Program-made: the position numbers and the translations under genes | The notes under the pieces: model-generated | Told to the model about the DNA's origin: nothing | Databases searched by the model: none | The model's input: the letters and a program-made list of their open reading frames with translations, nothing else | From: Octopus vulgaris | Taxonomy: Eukaryota | DNA length: 64,000 nucleotides | Assembly: GCA_951406725.2 (NCBI GenBank) | Contig: OX597831.1 | Location: forward strand, 56,792,001-56,856,000 | Direction: 5' to 3' | Shown here: one piece after another, positions 15,393 through 28,258 of the stretch | How positions within the stretch are numbered: the first letter of the stretch is position 1 | Layout of the letters: each line of letters starts with the position of its first letter

Positions 15393-17295
15393 TAGCAGCT
15401 AAGCCCGGTTTCATCTGGTCTGTTTGGATGATGTGGCTGTGATTGTTTTCTGTTAGGCATAATCTGTAACAGTGTTTCTCAACCTTATCATTTTGGGTCC
15501 CCTGTTTCGACTGGAGCCGCCAGCTGTATGAAAATTTCCTGACTTCACCCCACTTTGTCAGATTTTTTGTGGGCCGGCTGGTTTATCTCAGATACATGAG
15601 AAGCTGAATTAAATTTTTCATCAACACAGGGGAGCTGAATTGCGAAAAAGGTTGATAAACACTGTTCTATAATGATGGTTTATATTTAGGCACATCGTAA
15701 AAGTAAGTATAAAGAATTGCTAAATATAAAGAAAAGTCTATTTTTTTCAAGCAAATACAGTTAGAAAAAATATTTGCCATTTCAAGTCATCACTAAAAAC
15801 AAAGCTCATCAATTTTTGGATGAAATAATAATTTTATTTTTTATTTTAAGTTGTAAATTTTGCCTGAGAAATAAAGCAAATAATCACCCAATGCATTGTA
15901 AAAAATCTGCAACTCGATAGCAAGTATCTTCAAATTGATTAGAAATGCATAAGTTTAATAGTAATGAGGCTAAATAAAATTTGGTCGAGAAATACCAAAG
16001 AAATTACTTTATATCAACAAAAAAACAGACACGTACCTTTATAAAGAACAGATTTTACTCAAGTGAAACATATCAAATACACAGAGTTAAAATGCTGTTC
16101 GATTATTCTTTTCAGCATTGAATGTTACCCATCACACTTCCACTGTGCATGCAGACACACACTCACACACATTCACATACCCCAACCATCCCACTTCAAT
16201 TACACACACACACACACACATATTCACATACACACACATATATTCACACAGATTTTAAAAGCTGTTTCATTTATTTTTTTCAGCGTACAATTTTCATCAT
16301 CACACTATCAAGTATGACACCACCCCCTTCCTTCCTTCCTTATTCATGTATCAACCCTTCCTTTCTCATTCATAAACACAAGATTATGATTGTAGTAGGT
16401 TATCTCAGTAACCATGGAAGGTATGAAAAAAATATGAAGCCCAGCATCACCACTGGATCATACTACATATATGTATAGATTTTTGCACAATTCCACCCAG
16501 GCATTTCACTGTGAATCCCAAGACAAGAAAGAATCGCCCATGCCGGCAAATTCTTTGAATTTGCTGGCATCTTCGCCTGGTAAATTATTTTATTTACTAA
16601 AATAAGTCAGAAACGATGGTCCAGGAAAGAGATGGTAAATGTTTTTATTTTTCATTGCCTTCGAGAATTTATCCCTAATAAGTGGTTTGGACTTTAGCTG
16701 TTCTTTCTAGTGTAAAGGATTCCTATGATAGAAACCTCTTAATGTGTTTAAATGTACACTGTATATATATATAATACACACACACACATACATAAATATA
16801 TATATATATATATATGTATACTTTGATACTTTTCGGCCAGTATTGGCCCAGACCATGTCTAACTTAATAGCACCACCTGGCAAGGTCATTCAAATCAGGA
16901 ATTGGACATGGCCCACTTGAGGAGAGAGTTGTTGTTTATGGAGACATATCCAGGTGTAAGAGATTTATCTGGGATTTTTTGAAGGAATTTGTCCAAAGAC
17001 ATCTTGAACTTTATAGCATCTGTTTCTGCTTTAATAGGTTTTGGTGTATTGTTAAAGAGGGCGAGGCCAATTGAGATGAAATAATTGTGCTGTTTTGTTG
17101 TTATTATGTGATGCGAGTATGATTTATGTTGTGGGCAGACAGCACAGGGTCCAAGTTTTGGGTGTGTGTGTATGTGTGTGTTGTATGTGTGTGTATATAT
17201 GTATGTGTGTATGTATATATGTGTGTGTATGTGTGTATGTATATATGTGTGTGTATGTATGTATATATATATGCATGTGTGTGTATATGTGTATG

Positions 17296-17326
<31 letters not shown>

Positions 17327-17343
17327 GCATGTGTGTATATGTG

Positions 17344-17380
<37 letters not shown>

Positions 17381-17397
17381 ATATGTGTGTATATTGT

Positions 17398-17438
<41 letters not shown>

Positions 17439-17468
17439 TTATATATGCATGTGTGTATATGTGTATGT

Positions 17469-17502
<34 letters not shown>

Positions 17503-17543
17503 TGCATGTGTGTGTATGTATATATATATATATATATGTTTTA

Positions 17544-17574
<31 letters not shown>

Positions 17575-17594
17575 GCATGTGTGTATATGTGTAT

Positions 17595-17635
<41 letters not shown>

Positions 17636-17649
17636 TGTGTGTATATGTG

Positions 17650-17691
<42 letters not shown>

Positions 17692-17766
17692 TGTGTGTAT
17701 ATGTGTATGTATATATATATATATTATATATATATATATATATATGCATGTGTGTATATGTGTATG

Positions 17767-17803
<37 letters not shown>

Positions 17804-17850
17804 GTATATATATATGCATGTGTGTATATGTGTATGTGTATATATATGTA

Positions 17851-17881
<31 letters not shown>

Positions 17882-20800
17882 TTGGCTTTCATTAACATGG
17901 AGAAAGCCCTTGACATGGTTCCCATATCCCTTATCTGGTGGTCAATGTAGATGTACTCAGTGTAAGCTCTGGACACAAGAGGTGCAGCAATATCAAAGGG
18001 AGGCTAACTGGGAAGATAGTTTTTTTGTGTGGTAGATGCACAGGGGCAATAAACACTGAAAATGTGCAGAAAACAGCTTCTGCCATATGCCAGTAGGAAA
18101 AACAAGAAGTAGTTGATAGCTTCCATTACCCAGGTGACCAAGTCAGTAGCTGAGGTAGATGCTCTGAGAGCGTAACTGCCAGAATAAGAATAGCCTGGGC
18201 AAAGTTAAGAGAGCTCCTACCTCTGCTGGTAACAAAGGGCCTCTCGCTCAGAGTAAAAGGTAGACTGTGTAGCACATGTGCGAACAGCTATGTTACACAG
18301 CAGTGAAACATGGGCTGTGATTGCTGAGGACATGCGTAAACTTGCAAGAAATGAAGCTAGTATGCTCTGCTGGATGTGTAATGTCAGTGTGCATACACGA
18401 CAGTGTAAGCGCCCTAAGAGAAAAGTTGGACATAAGAAGCATCAGAAGTGGTGTGCAAGAGAGATGACTGTACTGGTATGATCATGTGTTGCATATGGAT
18501 GAGGACATCTGTGTGAAAAAGTGTTACACCCTAACAGTGGAGGGAACCCGTGGAAGAGGTAGACCCAGGAGGACCTGGGATGAGGTGGTGAAGCTTGACC
18601 ATCAAATGTTAGGCCTCACGGAGCCAATGACAAGCGACTGAGACCTTTGAAGATATGCTGTGCTTAAGAAGACTTGGCAAGCCAAGTGAGACTATAGCCG
18701 TGACCAATGCTAGTGTTGCATAACCGGCCCATTTAAGAATGCACTTCAGTCATTGGGCAATATACTGTGCTTGAGACCTGTTAAGTGAAGTGAAATCATT
18801 GTTGTGGCCGATGCCAGTACCGCTTGACTGGCTCCTGTGCCAGTGGCATGTGAAAAGCACCATATGAGCATTGTCGATGCCAGTGCTGTCTGACTGGCTC
18901 CCGTACTGCTACTACGTAAAGACTACCTACTATACTCTCGGAGTGGTTGGTGTTAGGAAGGGCATCCAGCTGTAGAAACAGTGTTAGGAAGGGCATCCAG
19001 CCAGTGTTAGGAAGGGCATCCATTAGATTGGATGATGATAATGATATATGAATGTGTGTGTGTAAGGAGGATGTTGTACAGGAAGTGTAGTTACTAGAAT
19101 AAGAAAAGCATGAAGAAAGTTCAGAGTGCTTTTACCTCTGTTGGCAACCAAAGGTCTTTCTCTCCGAGTGAAGGGAAGATTGTATGATGCATTTTTACAA
19201 ACTGTGATGCTGCATGGTAGTGAGACATGAGTCCAGAATGTGGAGGACATGCAGAGGTTGGAGGGGAGTGAAGTTGATATGCTCTGCTGGATGTGGGATG
19301 TCAGTGTGCATGTGTGTCAGAGCACATTGGTATGTTGAGAGAGACATTGGACATAAGAGGAATTATATGCAGTGTGCAAGAAAGGAGATTGTGCTGGTTT
19401 GGTCATGTTAGACAGATGTATGAGGACAGTTGAATAAAGCAGTGCTGATCTCTTAAAGTGGAGGGAAGTTGTGGAAGAGGGAGACCCAAGGAGACATGGA
19501 ATGAATTTTAAAGGCTGATCTCAAAATGCTGAACCTTATGAAGGAGATGAAAAGGAACTGAGATATGTGGCACATTGCTGTACTCAAGGAAACCCGCCCA
19601 TCACAATAGAACAGATCCTAAAACCAAGGTATCATGTAAAAAGCACTGGTCCTGGTACCACATAAAAAAGCACTGGTCCTGGTACCACATAAAAAAAGCA
19701 CTGGTCCTGGTACCACATAAAAAAGCACTAGTGATGGTGCTACATAAAAAGCACCCAGTACACTCTGTGAAGTGTTTGGTGCTAAGAAGGGCATCCAGTC
19801 ATAGAAATCAAGCCAAAACAGACTATGAAATCTGGTGTGGCTCCTGGCCTTGTCAGCTCCTGTCGAGCTGTCCTACCCATACCAGCATGGATAATGGATG
19901 TTAAATATTCATGATGATGATGATGGTGTACCTGTACTTTAGAATAAGTGATGCAGTTTATTAATACTGTATTATTATTACTGTGTCGGTGGCACGTAAA
20001 AAGCACCATCCGAATCGTGGCCAAAGCCAGTGCCGCCTCGACTGGCTTCCGTGCAGGTGGCACGTAAAATGCACCAATCCGACTGCGGCCGATGCCAGCC
20101 TCGCCTGGCACCAGTGCAGGTGGCACGTAAAAAGCACCCACTACACTCACGGAGTGGTTGGCGTTAGGAAGGGCATCCAGCTGTAGAAACATTGCCAGAT
20201 AAAACCGGAGCCTGGTGCAGCCTTCTGGCTTCCCAGATCCCCGGTCAAACCGTCCAACCCATGCTAGCATGGAGAACAGATGTTAAACGATGATGATGAT
20301 GATGATGTACTGTATAAAGTACCAGTAATTTAGTCTGATGGCCATGAGAGTTTTAAGTTCCTGCTCATAAATTAGTGCAGATTGTAAGGGATTCTGGTCC
20401 ATCAGTGTCTGGAAAGTTAATGTTATTCCTGTAGATCTTACCGAACTAATGTAATTTTTTTGTTTGTTTTTTTTTTTTTTTAGCTGCCTTTGAAGTTACC
20501 ATCAATGACAAGTTGGTCTTCTCTCGTCTTCAATCTTTTTCATTCCCTAGCTCTGAACAGGTCAGTAATTTCCATTTGACTTAGCTTTTTGTTTCTTTGT
20601 TTTATTTATCTTCTTTTATTTGTTTCAGTCATTTGACTGCTGCCATGCTAGGGGCACCACCTTGAAGGGTTTAACTGAACATATTGGATCCTCCCAGTAC
20701 TTATTGTTTTTTTAAGTCTGGTACTTATTCTCCTGGTTTCTTTGCTGAACCACCAAGTTACAGGGACATAAGCAAACCAACAATGGTTGTCAAGCTGTGA

Positions 20801-23800
20801 TTTGTTGGGAGGACAAACACAACACAAAGACACTCACACACACACACACACATACATCACCATTGTCCTTTAATGTCCATTTTCCTTGTTGGCATCAGTT
20901 AGATGGTTTGAAATGATGTGGCAAGCCACCAGGCTGTGCTATGCTCCAGTGTCAGCTTTGGCATGTTTTCTGTGGCTAGATGCCCTTCCTAATGCCAACC
21001 ATCTTACAGCGTATATTGGGTGCATTTTTGTTTGACACCAGCACTAGTGAAGTTGCCAAGTAAGTTGCAGCATACACACACACGATGAGCCACCACTGAG
21101 TTTCCATCTACCAAATTCAGTCACAAGGTATTGGTTTGTCTGGGGCTATAATAGAAAATACTTGCTCAATTTGCTTTGCAGTGGAACAGAACCTGAAACC
21201 ACATGGTTGCAAAGTAAGCTTCTATACCACATACCCTCGCCTTTTATGTTCTTTTTATATAAAGAATGAATAAAATAATTCATGATATTTGTCTACAACA
21301 AGCTGGCAGAATCATTAACATGCTGGACAAAATGCTTGGTTGCGTTTCATCTGACTTTATGTTTTGCATTCAAATTCTGCACTGGGGTCAATCTAATTGA
21401 CCGTTCCCTTCCCCAAAATTGCTGGCCTTGTGCCAAAACTTGAAAGTGATATCTGTCTACAACTACCTTTGAGTATCATTATGGATTCTATAACATACTT
21501 CAATGAATAGAATTTACGTACACTTTATCTTGATAACATTGTAATGACATTTGAACTGTTAAGAAGCAGGATAGTCTCTTCAAGGACAAAAAGAAAAATG
21601 TTTAGCTTAAGAAACAAAATATCCAAATTTATAGAGCACATGCTTTCTTGTTTTTTATTTTTAGCCAAGTGCTAGCATGGCTGTGTGGTAAGAAGCTTGC
21701 TTCCCAACCACATGTTTCTGGGTTCAGTCCCACTGCATGGCACCTTGGGCAAATGACTTCTACTATAGCCTTGGGTTGACCAAAACCTTGTGAGTGGATT
21801 TGGTAGATGGAAACTGAAAGAAGCCTAGTGTGTGTGTGTGTGTGTGTGTGCGTGTTTTTGTGTCTCTGTTTGTCCCCCCAGCACCGCTTGAGAACTGGTG
21901 TTGGTTTGTTTGTGACCCTATCACTCAGCAGATCAGCAAAAGGGACAGAATAAGTATCAGGCTTACAAAATAAATAAATAAATAACTGGGTTGTTTTTTT
22001 TCAACTTAGACTCTCCAAAGTGGTGCCCCAGCATGGCTACTGTCTAATGATTGAAACAAGTAAAAGATAAAAGATATTAGTAAGATTCGATAAAAAAATA
22101 AAGTAAGTAAATACTTCTAATGTTGACTTTACTGAAGACATTGACAATTTCATGCATGCGTTACAAAGGAATTTCACTGGTTTGTTAGAAAATTTAGTCT
22201 CAGCACTAAAAGCTAATATAACTAGTGGAGCGGTAAGAGTACCATATGAGCATGATCATTGCCAGAGCAACAAGCTGGCCTCCGTGCCGGTGGAACGTAA
22301 AAAACACCATTCGAGCGTGATCGTTACCTGTATTGCCTTGCTGGCACTTCTGCTGGTGGCACATGAAAAAACATTCGAGTGAGGTCCTTGCCAGTACCGC
22401 TGGACTGGCTCCTGTGCAGGTGGCACATAAAAAGCACCATTTGAGCGTGGCCATTGCCAGTGTCACCTGACTGACCCTAGTGCCGGTGACACGTAAAAGC
22501 ACCCACTACACTCTTGGAGTGGTTGGTGTTAGGAAGGGCATCTAGCTGTAGAAACTCAGCCAGATCAGATTGGAGCCTGGTGTAACCATTTGGTTCACCA
22601 GTCCTCAGTCAAATCGTCCAACCCATGCTAGCATGGAAGGCGGACATTAAACGATGATGATGATGATGATGATGAATTACAAATTGGTGAATTGACCTAT
22701 TAAGACATAAATATCTGTGTCATATGTAAAATGAAGTACCAGTGATAATATATGGTCCAGTAAGTTGGTATCCTAGTTACTTAGATGTGAATTTATGGCT
22801 GTATCAACAATAACAAGATATATTCTTATAGTTTGAATTTTTATAATTCATCATCATCATCATCATTTAATGTCCGCTTTCCATGCTAGCATAGGTTGGA
22901 CGATTTGACTGAGGACTGGGGAACCAGATGGCTGCATCAGGCTCCAATCTGATATGGCAGAGTTTCTACAGTTGGATGCCCTTCCTAACGCCAACCACTC
23001 CGAGAGTGTAGTGGGTGCTTTTACGTGCCACCGGCACGAGGGCCAGTCAGGCGGTACTGGCAACGGCCACGCTCAAATGGTATTTTTAACATGCCACCAG
23101 CACAAGTGCCAGTATGGCAACACTGGTAACAATCACGCTCGAATGGTGCTTTTTACGTGTCACAAAAAATCTCATTTAACCCTTTTGATACCAATTCACA
23201 TGAGGCCACCCCTGGTTCTATGACTGGGACTTCCTGCTATAAATGAAAACTATGTTCCAAGCCAACAAAGTTATTTTATTAAATTCTTCATCATTTTTAA
23301 AACCAATTGAAACAAAAGCAGTGTATTTCAACTGAAATATGGTAATGAAAGGGTTTAATATTTTACACTAGCATATTTAGACTAGTGACCTCATCTTGAT
23401 AGTTATAATGTTTCAGCTGTTATGTCCTCTGACATAGTTCAGGTGCCTGTCATATTTAGTAAGGTTCTCAAAAATTCATATGGAATCCCCATTTTTGATT
23501 AGTTTTGGTAACCTCAGTAGGCCCTCTGAGGAAGTTATCAGAGTTCAGTATTTGTACTTATTCTTTCAGTCATCTTAGCATAGAGATAAACACCATCTGA
23601 GGACCTTTAATTAAGGAAAGAAGAATATTAAGCCTATGACCATAAAGAAAAAAAGAACTGTTTAAAGATCTTAATTTCCATCACTTAATTGTTTTACAAG
23701 GCAGTGGGTTAGTAATATGTTTCTTTATTAGCCACGCATTGATTGAGTGTTAAGTGTAGTAGTTTAGCTAGTGGGCTTGAGTTCTATTCCTGAATCAGTC

Positions 23801-24205
23801 AGACAATATGTAGACTCTTGTTCAAGCAGAATGAGCAAGTGGTGATGCAAGTAGAAAACTAATGCAACAATGGAATGGAAGTAATGTATCTCAAAGGAAT
23901 TAACAAAGGGTTCAGTTTGAAATTCCAAGAAAATGACAGACATCTAATGAAAGAGAAATGGTATATTAGCAATCAAGATGAGGACACTAGTTCAAACGAT
24001 AATTATAATTTTTCATCTCAGAAACTGAGACAAAATTTAATTAAATATTTTCTGCAAAATAGAATATAAGTTTTTTAAATCAGTTCTCTATTTGCAAATT
24101 GTCTTTTTTTTCTTTTAACAGATTGTGAATTTATTACATGATGTCCAGTCAGGCAAGACGATCCCTGTTATTGAGGAAACTAGCACAGGCTGCACAATTG
24201 TATAA
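533..24205 (+). CDS. MIEN1: Paralog A: MIEN1/Rdx12-like selenoprotein, 106 aa, join(533..591,3499..3599,20484..20560,24122..24205); Sec TGA at 3506..3508
   Basis: Spliced translation [106 protein letters not shown]. All introns are GT..AG with consistent phases (2,1,0). Contains the Rdx motifs CxxU and AFEV-ING-LVFS plus a CaaX end like human MIEN1 (CVIL). SECIS lies downstream. Confidence 0.9.
750..1150 (+). mobile_element. Non-autonomous Helentron/HINE-like repeat
   Basis: Begins actagcagtatcgcccggcgttgctcggg (hairpin), has an internal direct duplication, ends tatatataaaga. A related start occurs at 15391. Confidence 0.5.
2352..2608. mobile_element. TIR element with internal (CCCTAA)n, copy 1
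   Basis: ggatcttt...aaaagatcc termini; matches 28562..28983 in the opposite orientation. Confidence 0.65.
2935..3345 (+). mobile_element. tRNA-derived SINE, full-length copy
   Basis: ggcgcaggagtggctgtgtggtaag head with A/B-box-like motifs, internal microsatellite, gaaacaagtaaaagag tail. Many copies in the window. Confidence 0.85.
3499..3599 (+). CDS. MIEN1: Paralog A exon 2 (Sec exon, (C)[33 protein letters not shown])
   Basis: ttttgtAG|C AAT TCC TGA GGC ... G|GTAAG. 101 nt, the same length as exon 2 of B and C. Confidence 0.9.
3644..3945 (+). mobile_element. Same SINE family
   Basis: Near-identical to 2935..3345. Confidence 0.85.
4210..4448. repeat. (TACA/CA)n microsatellite
   Basis: Direct inspection. 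Confidence 0.95.
4775..5152 (-). mobile_element. Same SINE family, reverse
   Basis: Reverse complement of 2935..3345. Confidence 0.85.
5850..6950 (+). mobile_element. Helitron PIF1-like helicase relic, disrupted
   Basis: Motifs [12 protein letters not shown] (Walker A), [45 protein letters not shown] and QFPVRLCFA, with stops and frameshifts. Confidence 0.9.
6980..7720 (-). mobile_element. RTE-clade LINE 3' fragment
   Basis: Reverse copy of the RT C-terminus and 3' UTR seen at 17880..19020. Confidence 0.8.
7740..8660 (+). mobile_element. Penelope-like element relic (GIY-YIG endonuclease region)
   Basis: [10 protein letters not shown] motif; at ~8300 [18 protein letters not shown]...[13 protein letters not shown]...HYHSFKNP, then a CxxC...E motif. 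Confidence 0.7.
9178..10372. repeat. (TA/TG)n compound microsatellite
   Basis: Direct inspection; source of spurious YI/VC ORFs. Confidence 0.95.
10685..11030 (+). mobile_element. RTE 3' UTR-derived repeat with (GAT)n tail
   Basis: ggcgttaggaagggcatccagctgtag...acgatgatgatg. Other copies at ~19982..20310, 22230..22675, 22850..23160(-) and 33750..34020(-). Confidence 0.75.
11270..11590 (+). mobile_element. Second tRNA-derived SINE family
   Basis: tagtggttagagcg...gtttgaatcc head, then cttgagcaagacactttatttcacgttgctccag. Related copy at ~59500..59770. Confidence 0.7.
11836..13969 (+). mobile_element. Sola1-like DNA transposase: 360-aa open N-terminal ORF (11836..12918), disrupted DDE region downstream
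   Basis: Cx[33 protein letters not shown]; then out of frame [30 protein letters not shown] and DSVHSVIE. Confidence 0.78.
13550..13778. mobile_element. piggyBac-type MITE (TTAA-flanked) inserted in the Sola relic
   Basis: TTAA|CCCTTTAG...CTAAAGGG|TTAA. Copies at 31379..31607 and 40820..41046. Confidence 0.85.
14555..15390. repeat. (TATC)n/(TA/TG)n compound microsatellite
   Basis: Direct inspection. Confidence 0.95.
15470..15664. mobile_element. hAT-like MITE
   Basis: cagtgtttctcaacctt...aaggttgataaacactg TIRs. Confidence 0.7.
16895..17160 (-). mobile_element. LINE ORF2 C-terminal relic (CR1/L2-like)
   Basis: [13 protein letters not shown]...[14 protein letters not shown]. Confidence 0.55.
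17160..17880. repeat. (TA/TG)n microsatellite
   Basis: Direct inspection. Confidence 0.95.
17880..19920 (+). mobile_element. Two degenerate RTE-clade LINE 3' segments
   Basis: [17 protein letters not shown]...[10 protein letters not shown]...RNEASML.WMCNV...WYGHV...GRGRPR.TW-type residues, plus (GAT)n tails. Confidence 0.85.
20484..20560 (+). CDS. MIEN1: Paralog A exon 3 ([25 protein letters not shown])
   Basis: Poly-T tract plus AG acceptor; CAG|GTCAGT donor; 77 nt; Rdx FEV/I-NG-LVFS motif. Confidence 0.92.
21670..22075 (+). mobile_element. SINE (2935 family), diverged
   Basis: Similarity to 2935..3345. Confidence 0.8.
24122..24205 (+). CDS. MIEN1: Paralog A exon 4 ([27 protein letters not shown]), CaaX
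   Basis: Pyrimidine tract plus ACAG acceptor; ends TGC ACA ATT GTA TAA. Confidence 0.9.
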   Translation: MVNLLHDVQSGKTIPVIEETSTGCTIV

Positions 24206-25147
24206 AACTAATGTTTTCCAGAAATTTCTACAATTGTTACACCTTAAATTCTTTGAGTTTTTTTTTCTTTCTTTTTTAATCTTAAATTAATATATATTAA
24301 AGATCCTGACTATTGTCTTCTTTTTTAAATCCTCATTGAACTAATATATAGATATGGACTGGCTTATTTTCCAGCATCATGGTATATCATACAACCTGTC
24401 TTGTCACAGATATTTACCCAGTATGTAATTGCTAATTTCACATGCTACCCACTCAGTATTTGCCCAATCAGCAGCAACAACAACAGTTCATCTGATTGAA
24501 TGAGTTAACTTTGTTCATTATTGGAAGATGTTGAGGTGTTTTCCACACAATGTATGTTATAAGCGGCACCTACAAGTGCGAGTTAATACTGAGTGGTCTG
24601 TTGTTATGGTAGATGGCCATTCTTAATTCAATGTGACTACAGGTATGTCTGCAGGAGGGTAGGTGTGTCTATGTAAATGGAAACACAGTGGATCTTGAAA
24701 GCTTCCATTTGTTGTATCCACTATGTTGCTCCTTGCTGCCTAGCATCAAAATATGTCACTTCTTCAATTAAGTGATCTAATTACTCTTTGCCTTCATGAT
24801 GAGGTGCTAATTAGCTTTACACATGTATTTTTTTTTTTGCCTTCCATATTCTTTCTTCTTTTTCTTCTTCTCATCTATTCTTCTCTTTTCTCTCCCTCTT
24901 CACATACTTATCATGATTCTATCTTTAAACTCCTTCTCTCTGCTCCAGCCGTCTTTTATGTTAAGTATTCTTTTTCTATTGTTACTCTTTTTTTTCTTAT
25001 TTCAAAGTAAATATGCAAAACGTTTTTAGTCAAGGGTGAATTCTAACTTACTCAATATCTTTCTTTTGAAAATTCTGTGTGTAACAGTTGTGGAACTAAA
25101 AATACTCTATATTGACTTTTAAAAAAAAGTTTTTTTTTGACTTTCTT

Positions 25148-25226
25148 ACTGGTTATTTCTCGTTATGAAAATTCTGGTCTAAACATGTATTGACCAGAGT
25201 TGGATAAATTGTGAGGAATAACCAGT
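25148..25226 (+). promoter_or_regulatory. SECIS element of paralog A
   Basis: Helix I actggttatttctc/gaggaataaccagt; ATGA at 25165; helix II aattctggtc/gaccagagtt; apical AAA; 3' GGAT completes the non-Watson-Crick quartet. Confidence 0.9.
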
Positions 25227-25619
25227 GAAAAAGTCGACTGAAAATGATTTATTTGGTGATTAAAATTTAAAATGAATATATCATGATTCAGTGTTGTTTC
25301 TTAATGATTTTTTTCTTCTCTTTCAATCTTCTTATCAGTTGTTTAATATTAATGTATGTAGAAAATGCGTACAAACCATGTCTGATATGGGGCCCCAATT
25401 TACTGGCATAGACTCATTTCAGGAGTTTTGAGACTTTTTTCAGGAGAGGCAATTATAACTGTCCTAGATTATTGTAACTTTAGTATATCATTTTTAGACA
25501 TCTAATAAGCTGACCTGCCAACGAATTTTTTTTTCTAGAATGAAGGAGACAGCTGTAACAGTTCCTTGAACACACCCTACTAAACACTGCTTGTCATAAC
25601 CGACTAGTTTGCAGAATGC

Positions 25620-26400
25620 AGTTGGAACATAAAGACAATTTGGAAGCTTTCTATACAATCAAGTTTTGTATTAAACTGGGCAAAATGCTACAGAAACCTG
25701 TGAAGTGCTTCAGATTGATTATGGATTAACTTGTATGAGCTGAGGTTCAAGGATGGTAGAGTGGGGGTGAGAAACAATGAGAGGTGTAAGAGGGAGAACT
25801 GGTTGAGAAACTTCACAGTTTTCTAGATGAAGACCATCATGTACCTATAAAGACAATAAGCATATAGTTTGGAGTTGAAGTGGCCCTTGTACACAAAATT
25901 ATTCATGTGCAAAATTTGGGAAGAGTTTGTTCCCAGGGTGCTCAGGGACAAACAGAAGGAAAGATGTGTTGCTGACAGCAGGGAGATGCTTGAGATCATT
26001 ACTACCAATACAAGAGTACTTGAGTCTCTGGCAACCTGTAACAAAAGCTGGATCTACTGTTATGATCTGGAGACTAAGAGAGCAGAGTACCATATGGAAG
26101 AGTCTTGGCTCCCTTAGACCCAAAAAGGCCTGGCAAAGCAAGTTCACCAGGAAATTCACAACGATTCCCTTTTTCGACAGCAAGTGCATCGTTTACATCC
26201 ACTGAGTTTCCTCTGGTCAGACAGTTAACGAAGAGTACTTTGTGGAGGTTCTGAGGGGGATCAGGAAGAGATATCATCACAAAAGGCCAGAGCTCTTCCA
26301 CTTGGGTTGGTGGCACCTGCACCAAGATGATGCACTAGTCCACAATTCCAACCTGGTAATGTAACCAACTACTTGACAGCGATGGGAATCAGCACTGTCC
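25620..26400 (+). mobile_element. Mariner transposase relic
   Basis: FVPRVL..QKE...SWIYCYDLETK..S..W..PKK; ends with a W.LHQDDA..H motif. Confidence 0.8.
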
Positions 26401-27804
26401 CTCAAAGCAGTGTTATAACTGTGGTTCAGTGACTGAAGCAAACATTAGCTGTGTTATGAATAACACAGCTAATATTGTATTCCAAAGACTAGCCTTCCTC
26501 ATCAGGAATTTTGGTTATATACTTTAGTTCTCACCCAGCTGTTGACTCTCCATGACATTCAAATAAAATACAATGTAATACTGTTGCCATATCTGGGACA
26601 ATGCTATTGCTACACACAAACATTTTAAACTACTTCTAAAAGAAGGTCAATCGATCTGGCTGACAAAGACTCTTTCACCAACACATTACCACCTCTGACT
26701 CATTGACACAAGCAATTTCTTCATTGTATCTCTTCTATCACTATGAGAATAATCACTCCTCTTCTGAACCAGCTGGTTGCATTGCACTTACCTTCCTCTT
26801 CCCCTCATGCCTTCACTAACTATTATGTTCCACTACTTCCTCCCCACTCACAGATGTTGGCTTTAGCTACAGGAAATATCAATTATATCAATCTCTTCAG
26901 CCAGGGATGGCTCTGCCCCTTCTCGGATAAACCTTAAAAAATAGAAACGAAAGAAAAATATTACACTATATACCAAAATGAAGTGACAAGCTTATAATGA
27001 ACAGTTCATTATTCAGTTTCTATTGTTCTTTTAACTGAGGTCAGCCCTGATTGAGCAAATCTTTGATCAAATGTATTCAAGGCTTGACCATCCAGTCTAA
27101 TTCATTCAAGAATTGCTTATCTTAAAGTATATTACTCAATGAGAGCGTCTCCCTTCCATATTTTGTAGAGATGTTATTTGAAGGTAGAGTTGGTTGTTAT
27201 TTTAGGATGATCAAACAATCACAAAAAGCATAGCTGTACAATCAATTTTCTAAATTCCTATCTGCAACTTCTTTTATTTAATTTTCAGTGCTAACATTCT
27301 TAGAAAAGAGAGAGTTTATTGAAATGCTTTACAGCCACCTTCACACATTTGATACCAAAGATTTCTTGAAAGATAGAGTACTTGAGATTTATAGGGAATC
27401 AGGAGTGGTATTTAAAACATTCCAAATATTTGATCTCACTATCATTCATTTGTTTAAGGGTTGTACTGGATAAATTGCGAAAATACTCAATTTCATTTTT
27501 ACCAAATAATTTAGGAAAATGAATGAATTATTTCCCTTGGTTTTTAAAATAAAATATATTAGATATAGATAAGGATTCCTTCCAGGGGCTGTATTGATTT
27601 ATTTTTCAACAATCTGAGTATGCCATGAGGTTTCCAGACATGAGTTCTACTCACATGTCAAGTTTCATCAAAATCGATAAAACGATGTACAAGTTAGCTA
27701 ACAGCTCCACAAACCCACCCACAGACAGAATTTCCCACATATGTAGTTGATATATATGTGAATTAGCATCTGTACATCTTTGTTACTCATTTATATATAT
27801 ATAC

Positions 27805-28215
27805 TGGTCGTTGACTTACAACCACAACTGGTTCCAACTGACTGGTTGTAAGTCAATTTTTGTCATAAGTTGACCTATAGGCCTACATAGCTTTGTTTTA
27901 TATTTTCTACATTCTTAAAGTACATTTTCAAGTAAAAGTCATGCACAGCATTCTGTATTATACTGGCATTAGTCAAAAATTTCGGAGTCTCGAGCAGTTG
28001 CCTTATAAACAAATATGAGGTTGCCTTGATGTCATCCAACACAGTGACAATTGATAACCAAACCTAGGGGAAGCATTTGTTAACTGACATCATCCATAGA
28101 TGGGTTAATTTCTAAGAAATTAAACCCATTAGATTTCAACTGGATTATTTATTATTGCTGCCTGGAATGGGTTGCCAATTGTTGTAAAGTTGATTGGTCA
28201 TAAGTCGACAATGAC

Positions 28216-28220
<5 letters not shown>
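27805..28220. mobile_element. Tc1/pogo-like MITE
   Basis: ggtcgttgacttacaacc ... ggtcataagtcgacaatgacc inverted ends in a TA context. Confidence 0.55.
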
Positions 28221-28258
<38 letters not shown>

